A stretch of 64,000 bases of DNA from Bdellovibrionales bacterium (GTDB lineage Bacteria > Bdellovibrionota > Bdellovibrionia > Bdellovibrionales > UBA1609), in contig CBDHDF010000011.1 in the NCBI GenBank assembly GCA_965261545.1, forward strand, positions 416,001 through 480,000. The letters run 5' to 3'. The notes under the pieces were generated by a model. That model searched no databases. It saw only the letters and a program-made list of their open reading frames with translations, and had not been told where the DNA came from. The position numbers were made by a program, and so were the translations under genes. Positions 1 to 10,017 of this stretch are shown in pieces; the stretch's first letter is position 1; each line of letters begins with the position of its first letter.

Positions 1-1056
1 AAAGATATCCGCAAAGAGGTGGAACAAGCAAAGCTTCGACAACAGATGAGCCAGGTTAAAACGGTCCTGTTTGTCGATGAAGTTCACCGTTTCAACAAAG
101 CACAACAGGATGCCTTCCTTCCCCATATTGAAGACGGCACTATCATTTTTGTAGGCGCCACCACAGAGAACCCCTCATTTGAATTAAATAATGCATTGTT
201 ATCCCGACTCCGGGTTTATGTGCTTAAATCGCTTTCGGCGGAAGAAATCGTGATTGTTATCGAACGGGCGCTGGCGGATGTTGAAAAAGGGCTGGGGTCA
301 GCAAGACTGTCCATGGCTCGGAAAGATATTGAGCACTTGGCTCAAATGGCGGATGGCGATGCACGTCGGGCTTTGACTTGGCTCGAAATCTCAGCCGACC
401 TTGCAGAAGATGGAAAAATCACCGGCGATCTTTTGTCCGAGGTTTTGGCAGGGGGCGCATTGCGCCGATTCGACAAAGGCGGAGACGCATTCTACGACCA
501 AATATCAGCATTACACAAATCGGTGCGTGGCTCTAATCCGGATGCTGCGTTGTATTGGTTTTGCAGGATGATCGACGGAGGATGCGATCCTGCATACATT
601 GCCCGACGGATAGTCCGCATGGCATCCGAAGACATTGGCAATGCGGATCCGAGAGCGCTCGAAATCGCATTGAATGCATGGTGTACCCAAGAACGGCTCG
701 GAAGCCCTGAAGGAGAACTGACCTTGGCCCAGGCTATTATTTACCTGAGCGTTGCAGCAAAAAGCAACGCTGTTTACAAGGCTTACAATCAGGCCATGTC
801 GGAAGCCCGGCAATCCGGGTCACTGGATGTGCCGCTGCACTTGAGAAACGCTCCGACCAGACTGATGAAAGAACTGGATTATGGAAAGGATTATCGATAT
901 GTCCATGATGAACCTGATGGCTATGCGGCTGGAGAAAATTATTTCCCGGACGGGCTACCGCCGATCAATTTTTATCAACCGGTTGATCGGGGCCTGGAAA
1001 TCAGAATAAAACAGAAACTGGCTGAGCTTCGCAAACGGGACAACACGGCAGACTGA
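1..1056 (+). CDS. rarA: Replication-associated recombination protein A (RarA/MgsA), 5'-partial
   Basis: LFVDEVHRFNKAQQDAFLP, GATTENPSFELN, FDKGGDAFYDQISALHKSVRGS, ASEDIGNADP and VPLHLRNAPT motifs; frame is open to position 1. Confidence 0.97.
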   Translation, partial: KDIRKEVEQAKLRQQMSQVKTVLFVDEVHRFNKAQQDAFLPHIEDGTIIFVGATTENPSFELNNALLSRLRVYVLKSLSAEEIVIVIERALADVEKGLGSARLSMARKDIEHLAQMADGDARRALTWLEISADLAEDGKITGDLLSEVLAGGALRRFDKGGDAFYDQISALHKSVRGSNPDAALYWFCRMIDGGCDPAYIARRIVRMASEDIGNADPRALEIALNAWCTQERLGSPEGELTLAQAIIYLSVAAKSNAVYKAYNQAMSEARQSGSLDVPLHLRNAPTRLMKELDYGKDYRYVHDEPDGYAAGENYFPDGLPPINFYQPVDRGLEIRIKQKLAELRKRDNTAD

Positions 1057-1076
1057 CTCCTCCAGACGCCTTAGAT

Positions 1077-1658
1077 TCACCTTTTGACCGACATGAGCTT
1101 TACTGAATTTGAAATGTCACCTCTTTTGATTTCAGAGTGTTCTTCACAGTCCAAATATTTTGTTTCTACTGTAGCGAAAGGTCTTGTTACAGATGAGACT
1201 GAAATGCCCGCTTGAATTGCCTGCATAACACCAACGGCTTCAAGGTAATTTTTTGCTCTAAAAAACTTTCCTTTCTGCCATGGCAAAATTGAGAGATTGT
1301 TTTTCATAAGGTTAGCGTTTTCTTCAACTACAATGACAGGAATACCTTGTTCAAAAGCTGCTAAAGTAGGTAATCCTAAGCAACCATCAGGAATAACAAG
1401 GCAAGAAATATCTTTTGAGCTAAGCACATCGTTTGATTCGATACATGATCTTTCAATGAGTATCTTGGGGCTTCTATGAAGCCCTTTTAAAACACATTGA
1501 AAAAAGGATAAGGAAATTGCTTCAGCAGCCATTCGTGGATCAACTACACCTACATCCATATTTGCAATAGACTCAGATTCAAACATTGGTGAATGTACTG
1601 ATGGAACTCCATATTTTAATGAATAACAATGAAGTTCCATTGATAACTGATGAAGCAA
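1077..1658 (-). pseudogene. DUF3326-family protein, C-terminal fragment
   Basis: GVPSVHSP, GVVDPRMAAEAIS, CVLKGL, PDGCLGLP and VIVVEEN match the family's C-terminal half; the N-terminal half is absent upstream. Confidence 0.7.
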
Positions 1659-1806
1659 AGTTTTATATTAATCCGTGCTATCATAGTGCTATACAAGTAA
1701 AGTTTCACTCCCAAAGAGACACGACAATTTAATTTTATAAATTTCTAACCTGGTTTCGACGGAAGGATCAAAATCCGTCCGTGTTCAGCATAAAGATGGG
1801 ATGCTA

Positions 1807-3705
1807 CCTGAAATCCCTAAAAGTTGTAACTAGGTTTAATGTATTGCGTTAACTTTCCTCTCTTCCTATGGAATTGGCTGCTGTCAACGGTTTGAGAGGT
1901 TTAATAGTATTAATATATTTAATATGATTCATAAGAATTTGCTGCGAAAGGTCCTCTTCGTCTCCATTGGATAGATGAGGCATAGTGGTAGCCACAGCCA
2001 CCGTCACATTTGAAACAGATAAAAAACATCATTTTGTCTTGGGAAGCCCATCTATTTGGAAGGCTGAAAAAATATCCTTTTGTTTTTTAGACAGCTCTCC
2101 AAGCATCAGATCACCTGTAGCTAATTCATAAAATTTTAATCGGTCCATCATTTTGTAAATTTCTATTTTAGACATTTTTTTATATAACTTCTTATCTTTC
2201 ATAACAGTATCAATATGTGAAATTAAAATTAAAGAGAGAAAATTAATAAAGATGCTTCCCCTCATATTCATGAGAGAATGAACTCGACTTCTCCTTCCAT
2301 TAATATCATGCTTGAATGAGAAAAATACTTTCTCAATGATATCTTTGTTTCGATATAAACTCAATATATCTGTTTTCTTTAAATCATGACTATTTGTAAT
2401 TAATATCATAATACCCAGCGTAGAAGATTCTTCATTAATATTTTCTTCATTTAAAGAAATCTTAAATGGAGTGCAATCAGAGATATTGAGAAACCTTTTT
2501 TTATTTCCTAAAGTTTCTTTCATATAGGAACTAGCTTGTTCTTCTGATTTCAAATCTTTCTCAAGAAAGAGTTTCATAAAATCAAGCAACTCTTTCATTA
2601 ACACAGATTCCTCATAAACCCTTCTTTCTTTGTCTAAGAAAATATGAGCCGTACAATCAAATCCTCCGATTTTTATTGATTCTTTGCAATGCGAATAAAT
2701 TTCCTCATTAAAAGTAAAAGAGCATGATGGAGATTTTATTTTCTCATTTAAAGCCACAGAAAGCTCTCTTGAGAGTTTTGTTCTAAAACTCATGGGTATC
2801 AAATACTTCAATTCCTTACGATGCAGTCCCTTAATATTTTCTACACTAGAAAAACCCTTATCCATAACTAAACAATCTAAATCTAATTTATAACTTGTTA
2901 TGATCTCAATAATCTTCGATAAAGTTTTGACATCCGGTATACTTCCAGGATAGATTCTGTACGCTATAGGCGTATGAGTTTTATTGTCTTCAGATTTCCT
3001 ACTTATCAGACCTAAGTTTATCTGTTCGAGATTCTCTCCATCTCTGTTGTAACCTTTCTCTAAAAATTCATTATTCATAGAGTAGGAAGAAAAGGATGTG
3101 ATGTCAAACATTACCGTACCAGAACCCTTCACTTGACTTATCCATTCGCTAAAGAAAGATTCTATCTTTTTTTGATCTCTCCCAAGATCACATAAGAGAT
3201 TGCTTATTTTTTGTGACGACATAAAATTTTTCTTTGAAACATAAGCTTCTTGACACCACATATCGTAAAGATAAAAGGGCTCTCTTTTGATTATTTTAAA
3301 AAAAGCTAAATGCAAATAATGTTCGTAATTATCTGGATAAATTTTAGACAATGTTTTTAGAAGATTTAGTTGTTCGCATATTTTCTCTAAGAAAAATAAG
3401 GCTCCCACATTATAGGAGCCTATGGGAATCTTTTTTCTTTTGGTCTTAATTTGACCTGTAAACTCATCCTTTCTTCCAAGGTAGATGCGTTTTTGCCTGG
3501 CCTGCTTTTTTTCCTTGTCCCAAAAGCTTTCAACTTTATAGACATAGGTTTTTCCCTTATTTTTTTGCTCAAAAGTGTATGACATCGTTAATATTGTAAC
3601 TATGCTTTTGAAGAGATGACAATCTCTTAATCAAAGTGAAGGCCTTCTCAGACAATAATCAGGACTTAAGTCCTACACCTAGTTACAACTTTTAGGGATT
3701 TCAGG
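1807..3705 (-). mobile_element. IS1634-family insertion sequence, intact
   Basis: Perfect 28-bp terminal inverted repeats CCTGAAATCCCTAAAAGTTGTAACTAGG (1807-1834 and 3678-3705); 6-bp target duplication ATGCTA (1801-1806 and 3706-3711). Confidence 0.93.
2029..3585 (-). CDS. IS1634-family DDE transposase
   Basis: N-terminal YVY..ESFWDKEKKQ..QKRIYLG; FDITSFSSYS, GYNRDGE.L.QINLGL, VMDKGF, Y..KD.IEK.F. Confidence 0.9.
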   Translation of the reverse strand: MSYTFEQKNKGKTYVYKVESFWDKEKKQARQKRIYLGRKDEFTGQIKTKRKKIPIGSYNVGALFFLEKICEQLNLLKTLSKIYPDNYEHYLHLAFFKIIKREPFYLYDMWCQEAYVSKKNFMSSQKISNLLCDLGRDQKKIESFFSEWISQVKGSGTVMFDITSFSSYSMNNEFLEKGYNRDGENLEQINLGLISRKSEDNKTHTPIAYRIYPGSIPDVKTLSKIIEIITSYKLDLDCLVMDKGFSSVENIKGLHRKELKYLIPMSFRTKLSRELSVALNEKIKSPSCSFTFNEEIYSHCKESIKIGGFDCTAHIFLDKERRVYEESVLMKELLDFMKLFLEKDLKSEEQASSYMKETLGNKKRFLNISDCTPFKISLNEENINEESSTLGIMILITNSHDLKKTDILSLYRNKDIIEKVFFSFKHDINGRRSRVHSLMNMRGSIFINFLSLILISHIDTVMKDKKLYKKMSKIEIYKMMDRLKFYELATGDLMLGELSKKQKDIFSAFQIDGLPKTK

Positions 3706-3708
3706 ATG

Positions 3709-4719
3709 CTATTTCAATTGCTCTTCTGGAAACCCATGGAGTGAATGGCTGCATAAACTTGGCAAAGAGTTGAAGTTTTTTTTTGGTAAGAAATTGAAAG
3801 TCTTTTTCGTCTGAGGTCCTCGGACTTTTGGATAGGCAAGACTTTCTTTGTCTGGGTTTCTTTCTCTAAAGAGCCTTAGAAGGGCTTTTGTTTCTTTCTT
3901 GGTCTTTCCTAGAAGGTAGACGTATTTGTGTTTTCTGGGGATTCTACGGCGCAGACAGTAACCTTGTTGGCTTTTAGATGCTTCTTTTAACTGAATTACC
4001 ACATCCTTTGGAATCTGGTCCCAATAAATTGTAGTTCCGTCACTCCAGTGGCTTTTCCAAGAAATTCCCAATTCAAAGGCATATTTTTTATAGCTGCTGG
4101 TACTTCTAAATCTGCGGTCACTGAACCATCCCTTGTCTGGGTGATGGGGGTCATAATATTGAAAGCGAGCCCCTGAGTTTTGTCCAAGGTAGATAAAATT
4201 AGAAGCTTGGTAAATAGTGCCCAATTCTCTGGCTTCGGTGTCGGAGTAGGCTGAGAAATAACGATAGGAAGTATGTTTTACCATCCACCTAATGGAGAAC
4301 ATCACAAGAGAACTTGCTAGATTCTTGGGACTCCAAGAAATGCAAGCACCTCGACTTATGAGTTTCTCCTGGTCACGATAAGCCTTTCCTAAAAGGTGAG
4401 AAAAGGCATTAGGGGTACTCATGACAATGACGCCAGCAAGATGTCCCTTGTAGGTGGCAATAAATCGATGGGTCGGGCGATGGGGCATTTTTCCAAGCCA
4501 CTCGTGGCGAAGGATGAATTGTTTAATTTTTGCACATACCTCCTTATTATCTTTGGAGATGTAGGAAAACTTAAAGTGGGAAACTCGGAGATTAGACATT
4601 TCATCATAAGTCAGTTCGGCTACCTTTAGATCCTTGATGAAGTTCTTTTTTCTCACCTCATATTGCCAACAATGATTTTCATTGAAAGCATTCTTTCCTA
4701 ATATCCTGTCATTAAACAT
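3709..4719 (-). CDS. Mom-family (GNAT-like) adenine-modification protein
   Basis: FI.RHEWLG, ISRGACISWSPKNLAS, AYSD...ELGTIYQASNFIYLG and C-terminal KHKYVY resemble phage Mu Mom-like proteins. Confidence 0.7.
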   Translation of the reverse strand: MFNDRILGKNAFNENHCWQYEVRKKNFIKDLKVAELTYDEMSNLRVSHFKFSYISKDNKEVCAKIKQFILRHEWLGKMPHRPTHRFIATYKGHLAGVIVMSTPNAFSHLLGKAYRDQEKLISRGACISWSPKNLASSLVMFSIRWMVKHTSYRYFSAYSDTEARELGTIYQASNFIYLGQNSGARFQYYDPHHPDKGWFSDRRFRSTSSYKKYAFELGISWKSHWSDGTTIYWDQIPKDVVIQLKEASKSQQGYCLRRRIPRKHKYVYLLGKTKKETKALLRLFRERNPDKESLAYPKVRGPQTKKTFNFLPKKNFNSLPSLCSHSLHGFPEEQLK

Positions 4720-5013
4720 AAACCTCTCTCAAAAAAGATTTTGAAAAGGATATTGAATGAGCCATGAAATACCTCCTTATGGGGATGGGTTGGTTGAGCC
4801 GTAGGGCTCAGATTGGTTTTGGGTGGTTGGGGACGGTCTAAGTGAATACAAAGGGGGTCGTTCAATGATTGCCTTTTGTGCTTTTTGAGCAGTCACTACC
4901 CAGAGGGGCTAAGTGAGGGAGGAGGGGTTCTCAATTTTTGAGGATTTTTTGTTGACGACGGGCAACAAAGTGAAGTTTGGCCCTTTTCAAAAGGGCCAAA
5001 AAAGATGTAGGCC

Positions 5014-5298
5014 ATGGCCGTTAACAACAAAAAATCTAAGAAAAGGAGCTGCGAGATGGCAAAATTTAAACATTTAACAAAAAAGAAGCTTGAAGATGTT
5101 CGCAACCGTCTTTTTGAGGTTTCCAGTGGTCTTAATGGTTTAGGCTCTCTTTTTGAATCCCAATCGGGAGATTTTTGCCCTTCACCAGGCGAATTTTTTG
5201 GTATTGGGCAGTTAGTGAAGCAATATTCCCGTGAGATCGAAATTCAAGAGGATATTCTAAATTGTGGCTATAACAGCCAGGCGGTGAAAAAAGAGTGA
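5014..5298 (+). CDS. Hypothetical protein
   Basis: 94-aa ORF; AAGGAG upstream of internal ATG (MAKFK) suggests a later start. Confidence 0.5.
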   Translation: MAVNNKKSKKRSCEMAKFKHLTKKKLEDVRNRLFEVSSGLNGLGSLFESQSGDFCPSPGEFFGIGQLVKQYSREIEIQEDILNCGYNSQAVKKE

Positions 5299-5545
5299 CG
5301 TGTTTAACATTTCACAAACTTACCTTGAAGAAGAGCCGTACAACCCACCTTGGCTCTTCCTCTATAAGAGAGGAGAGATAGAGTGCTCGATCTTTCTTAT
5401 GAGTCTAGGGAGCAGGGAAGTGAGAAGTGACAAAGAGTTCTGAAGAAGTTGGAAGAAGTCCAACCTTTCGGGAGCCTCAAATGAAGAATAAGAATAAAAA
5501 TAAAAAAATATATCAACCATAACTTTTTCATGAAAAGGAGCAACT

Positions 5546-5752
5546 ATGAAAGGTTTTATTCAAGCTATTATCACTATTATTTTTCTTCTTCTTGGATTTA
5601 ATTTTGGGCTAGAGTTCATCCATAAGGAAGTGAGAGAAGCCACCATTAAAAAGTTGAGTAAAGGTCTTATGCCCTTGAGTCCTGCGACTCAAAAAATGAC
5701 TGGCATGAGGTGGGCTCCTGTGGAACCCAAAAAGAAGACAGGCAATCAATAA
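5546..5752 (+). CDS. Small single-TM membrane protein, homologous to 41855-42031 and 54659-54835
   Basis: AAGGAG RBS; N-terminal TM; REATIKKLSKGL..LS..TQKMTG aligns with ERMALTRIAKGL..SE..AEKLTG. Confidence 0.65.
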   Translation: MKGFIQAIITIIFLLLGFNFGLEFIHKEVREATIKKLSKGLMPLSPATQKMTGMRWAPVEPKKKTGNQ

Positions 5753-6071
5753 CTTTTTTCGTAACTGCTCACACTCCATTAGTTTCATAGGGGAGCGTGT
5801 GGATTCGCATGAGGTTCGCTGTAGGGAAATGGTAAAGCCAGGTCAATAAAAGGCAGTGGTTCAGGGGGCTCTCCCCGTAGTAAAAATTCACGGGGTGCCC
5901 ATAACTGAATTTTTGGAATCAAATAATTAGCCCCAATTGGAGCGAACCAGACACCGACAGATCCAAACAAACCGAAGTGGACCAAGGAGGAGGTGAACGA
6001 GAGAGTCAGGAGAACCAGAAGAGTCAACGCATGAAGAAATGAGTGAGTAAGAGCATACAAGAAGCAAGTTA

Positions 6072-6968
6072 TTATGGTGGAGCTTGGTTGCGGATGAGTT
6101 TCAGGTCCACTTGAAAGGATCTTATGACATTATTGGGGATTTCATGGGAGTCTGTGGCTTCCATGGCGTGAAAGTCCTTCTTGCCCCTGCCTTGGCAGGA
6201 GCCATATTCTAGAAACCCCGTTTTGATGTGTCCATTAAAAGTATGTATAGGTCTGATATACAGTTTATCGGTTTTTTCAACCATGCCCGCAGTGACTTTG
6301 AGGGATACGGTCACGGAGGAACCACCATGAAGCTTGATCTTATCAGAGCGGTAAGAACGACCTCCAAGGATGAAGTATAAGGGAATACTTTCTGGTTGCT
6401 CTTCAAACTCAATGGGTGACTCAACTTTTCCCGTATCATCCCGAAAGGAGGCTGTACACTCCCCACTCTGATAAACTTCAATGCAGTCTCGTATTTTGGA
6501 GTTCTTTCCTTCAAATGGGTGGGAGTTGTCGCATTCAAGCTCAGTCCATACGGAGGTCACATTTTTCTTATAAACCTCTGAAAATCTTCTTGTTATTTTG
6601 ACACCTTGAAGTCGAACAAGAATTTCATCTCCTGCCTTCACATGGCCCACAAAGACTTGTTTATCAACCATTTCCCCTTCAAAAATAATATAAGTTTCTG
6701 GCCCTTCTGAAAACTCGGCCCCCTTGTCATGGGAAGGGGGTTCTTGTGTGCCTTCACCTTCTCCAATTCCTTTGCCAGCCTCTTCTCCACCCCTTTTTCC
6801 GCTCTCTCCATTTGTTTCAGTTTCAACTTCAGAGTTTATATCTGGCTCTTCTGGAGAGGTTTCACTTATGGCCTTTGGTGGTGCCTTTGTTCTTTCAGGC
6901 TCCTCCCATTGACTACAGGAAAATAATATCATGGACATAAAAATAGTGGGTAAGATAAATGGATTCAT
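6072..6968 (-). CDS. Lipoprotein of unknown function (paralog of 7100-8170)
   Basis: Lipobox ILFSC; acidic linker; Cys-containing domain shared with the neighbouring ORF; AAGGAG RBS. Confidence 0.75.
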   Translation of the reverse strand: MNPFILPTIFMSMILFSCSQWEEPERTKAPPKAISETSPEEPDINSEVETETNGESGKRGGEEAGKGIGEGEGTQEPPSHDKGAEFSEGPETYIIFEGEMVDKQVFVGHVKAGDEILVRLQGVKITRRFSEVYKKNVTSVWTELECDNSHPFEGKNSKIRDCIEVYQSGECTASFRDDTGKVESPIEFEEQPESIPLYFILGGRSYRSDKIKLHGGSSVTVSLKVTAGMVEKTDKLYIRPIHTFNGHIKTGFLEYGSCQGRGKKDFHAMEATDSHEIPNNVIRSFQVDLKLIRNQAPP

Positions 6969-7099
6969 ATTGAACTCCTTCTTTAAAATTTGAAATTATT
7001 TAGTTGTTAAGGTGACCAATGAGGCCAATCTGACTAAGAGGACCAGTGATTAAGGTTGAGCAATGCGACGAAGATGACTAAAAAAAGTGTCATAAAGCC

Positions 7100-8170
7100 T
7101 CACTCTGTCTCTTTCATAACTTCCTGACTAAGAATCTTTAGAGTCAACTCAAACTCTCTGGTTATTTTATGAGGTATGGTTGTTGATGAAGTGGTTTTCT
7201 CAAAACGAAAGTCTTTCGCATATTTGTTCGGACAATAAATGTAAGATTGAAAACCAACCTTAACTTCACCCTTGGATTCGTTGAGGGGCTTGAGGTATAG
7301 TTCGTTTATACCTCGAAGCATGTTTCTCGTTATTTTAAGGGAGGCAGAGAGATGTGAGTCATGATTAAGATCTACAAAATGCTGTATTTCCTCAAATTTA
7401 TAGTCCTGATCTCCAATTCTTAGAACTAAGTCGACACTATCTGTGTATTCATCCATATCAATAGATGTTTCACTTTCTCCAAGATAGTCTCGACGAGAGG
7501 TCATACACTGTTCCTCTTCATATATGTATCCACACCTTTCTGAACTGTTAAATTTTGAAGGTCCTTCACAGTAATAGTTTTTCTGGATTGTTTCTATGGC
7601 AACATCATAGAAATCTGAAAATTGAGTTTCTTTTTGGATGCCAGATATTATCTCTACCTTCACAAGGTCACCCTCTTTGACACGACCTACAAAGCGCTCT
7701 TGGTTGATCTTCTCATTTTGAAAGATGATATCAGAGGTCCTCTTAAAGCAAGGTGGAGGTGTCTCTTTCTCAGCTTCAAGAGATGAAGTTTGAGAAGGAT
7801 ATTGAGTGAATGTTTTGTCGGTGTTTTTCATAGAATCTTGGAAGAAATTTTCATCCTCTCGGCCTTCAATGTATTCTGCATTATATATACCTGGATCCTG
7901 GTCAAAGCCTTTCGTCCTTTCATTTTCTATTTCCATGGAAGGGTTGCAGGAGGTAGTTTCTAATTTTTTATTTGCCCCATTACATGCAAATAAAAACATT
8001 GGAAATATCATAGAAATTAAAAAGATTCTTGACCTTTCTGAACTGTTCTTAGAAATGATTAAATCATTATTTTTACACAAATATGGATATATATTTACGT
8101 TATTTATCATTTTAATTCTCCTAAAGGTTGTTCTCTTTAGCCCTTTAGGGTGTAAAGAGAGTGGACTCAT
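7100..8170 (-). CDS. Lipoprotein of unknown function (paralog of 6072-6968); probable start near 8110
   Basis: Lipobox FLFAC; IIF.NE....FVGRVKEGD, C...RDYLG..E and LY.KP..GF..Y..C shared with the paralog. Confidence 0.72.
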   Translation of the reverse strand: MSPLSLHPKGLKRTTFRRIKMINNVNIYPYLCKNNDLIISKNSSERSRIFLISMIFPMFLFACNGANKKLETTSCNPSMEIENERTKGFDQDPGIYNAEYIEGREDENFFQDSMKNTDKTFTQYPSQTSSLEAEKETPPPCFKRTSDIIFQNEKINQERFVGRVKEGDLVKVEIISGIQKETQFSDFYDVAIETIQKNYYCEGPSKFNSSERCGYIYEEEQCMTSRRDYLGESETSIDMDEYTDSVDLVLRIGDQDYKFEEIQHFVDLNHDSHLSASLKITRNMLRGINELYLKPLNESKGEVKVGFQSYIYCPNKYAKDFRFEKTTSSTTIPHKITREFELTLKILSQEVMKETE

Positions 8171-8454
8171 AGGGCTCCCTATGAGATTACAAATTAATGG
8201 TGGCGTTATACCCCTTGGAAATGTGAAATAGTTAAGATATTAAATACTAAAATGATAGAAGTGATGAGGCAGTATCACCTCTTACCTTCGCTTTCTCCGC
8301 TCCATAAACGTCTCTTGCCTCTGTCTCTGGCCCTGTTTCTGATTTGCCCTACCTTCTGCTTATCTACTGTCTAAGCTTCAGCTTCATCTTCAGCCTCAAC
8401 CTCAGCTTCCTTATCGGCCTCTGTTCCTACCTTCACACCGGCCCCTGCTTCTAT

Positions 8455-9021
8455 CTACGTCTCAGTCTCCTTGCTTATGTCTACCTTTGTGTTTGTCTCC
8501 ACACTTTCATCTTCTATTTCTGTCTTTATTCCTATCTTTGTATCTTTCTTTGCTGTCTCTGTACCTCCCATTACTGTCTCTATGCCTAACTTTGTCTTTA
8601 TCTGTGGCCTCATTTGGACTCCTAAAATATCTGGAGTCTTTTCTGAAGCCTTCTTTTTGGGTTTTCGCCCTAGCTTCTTTTTGGAAATATTCACTTTGTC
8701 GAGATAAAGCTTGATGGACTCATCCATATTCTCATTGTTTGAGCTTTGAATGAGTTTTATCAGATAGGATTTCTTATCAAAAAATCCACGGGCGACATTT
8801 TCGTATTCTAAGGATTCATACTTCTGAAAAAATATCTTTAGAGAAGTATTGACGACTTTGGAGACACTCACCTTGCATGAATCTCTTTTCAGTTGAGTCA
8901 CCCATTCATTGACATATGACATAATCTCTTTGTCCAACAAGACTCTTTGAGATACATTTCTTTTCAATGAGTTCTTAGGTGGCAAATCTTTGTTTTTATT
9001 CTTGTGAACTAAGTTGTTCAT
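8455..9021 (-). CDS. Hypothetical protein with low-complexity C-terminus
   Basis: 188-aa ORF with ATGA overlap on the upstream gene. Confidence 0.6.
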   Translation of the reverse strand: MNNLVHKNKNKDLPPKNSLKRNVSQRVLLDKEIMSYVNEWVTQLKRDSCKVSVSKVVNTSLKIFFQKYESLEYENVARGFFDKKSYLIKLIQSSNNENMDESIKLYLDKVNISKKKLGRKPKKKASEKTPDILGVQMRPQIKTKLGIETVMGGTETAKKDTKIGIKTEIEDESVETNTKVDISKETET

Positions 9022-9683
9022 CGGCGATCTCCTTTCGATCTTTTGTTACGACTTCTTTGACGGGGTTTCTTCATTGACCCATGCGGTCCCTGTGGCCCCT
9101 GAAATGAACCTTCTGAAGGGGGAACCCAGGAGGAATCTCTGTCAATGATCCACACACAGTGCCCCTCGACGAGTTTCTTATTTCTGATCTCCCAGTCAAA
9201 ACATTCTTTGCTAATGCCAGGAGGAGCCACCAGGAAATCATGAACTCCATTCTCACTGGGTTCCTTTTCAGTGGAAAGTAAGGATGAAAATTTCTCTAAT
9301 TCAAAGAGAGTTTCTTTCCTCACTGCTTCATCTCTGCTCTTCAGCGAGTTGTGAATAATGTAAGAACTGGTGCCTCCAATTGTGGCTCCTATGAAAAGGC
9401 CATGCAGTATCCATTTTTTCCTATTCCTCTTCGTGGTGGCACCCACCATGGCTCCCGTCGCCGCTCCAAGACCTAATCCCATAAGAAGAGATGAGTTGGT
9501 GAGTTTGTTAGTGGAAGTTTCGGAATTTGTGGATGTGGAAGCGCAGCCTGAAATGAGCATTGTTCCAACAATCATTTTTATCAATATAATTCTTTTAATG
9601 GATTCCTCCTTGTTGTATTTGTTGTCAATTCTTCCAAATTTTTTCTCTTTTTTGTTCTTTTTGCTTCGTTTTTTTCTGTTCAT
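9018..9683 (-). CDS. Glycine-zipper lipoprotein, possibly a TraV/VirB7-like core-complex lipoprotein
   Basis: Lipobox LISGC; GLGLGAATGAMVG and GLFIGATIGG zipper; lies downstream of the transfer genes. Confidence 0.55.
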   Translation of the reverse strand: MNRKKRSKKNKKEKKFGRIDNKYNKEESIKRIILIKMIVGTMLISGCASTSTNSETSTNKLTNSSLLMGLGLGAATGAMVGATTKRNRKKWILHGLFIGATIGGTSSYIIHNSLKSRDEAVRKETLFELEKFSSLLSTEKEPSENGVHDFLVAPPGISKECFDWEIRNKKLVEGHCVWIIDRDSSWVPPSEGSFQGPQGPHGSMKKPRQRSRNKRSKGDRR

Positions 9684-10017
9684 TTATTATTATCTTCCTA
9701 TTATTTTCCTATTCTATTCTTATTTACTTCTTCCTACCTCTTCTACTCTCTTTCTTTTTCTTTTAACTCTTATTTTATTAATCTCCTCTATTGATTTCAT
9801 TTCTCACCAATGATTCGGTTTTTCTCTTGATTTCTGGCCCCCTCTCAGCCTTCAAAAAACACACTATTTTCCATTTTCATGAATCCCCCTTGACTAGATT
9901 TGAGGATTTTTTTGCAGTACCACATGATTTCAATAGGTTACAGATTTTTTCCCCTAGTTCGAAAAAGGGGCATACAAGGGGTCTATACAAAGGGTAGGCC
10001 CATTCAATATTTGGCTT

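Noticed and set aside
8290..8714. Hydrophobic plus-strand ORFs and the acidic repeat tract past the 8455 stop
   Set aside because: Antisense shadows of a low-complexity tail; no independent coding evidence.
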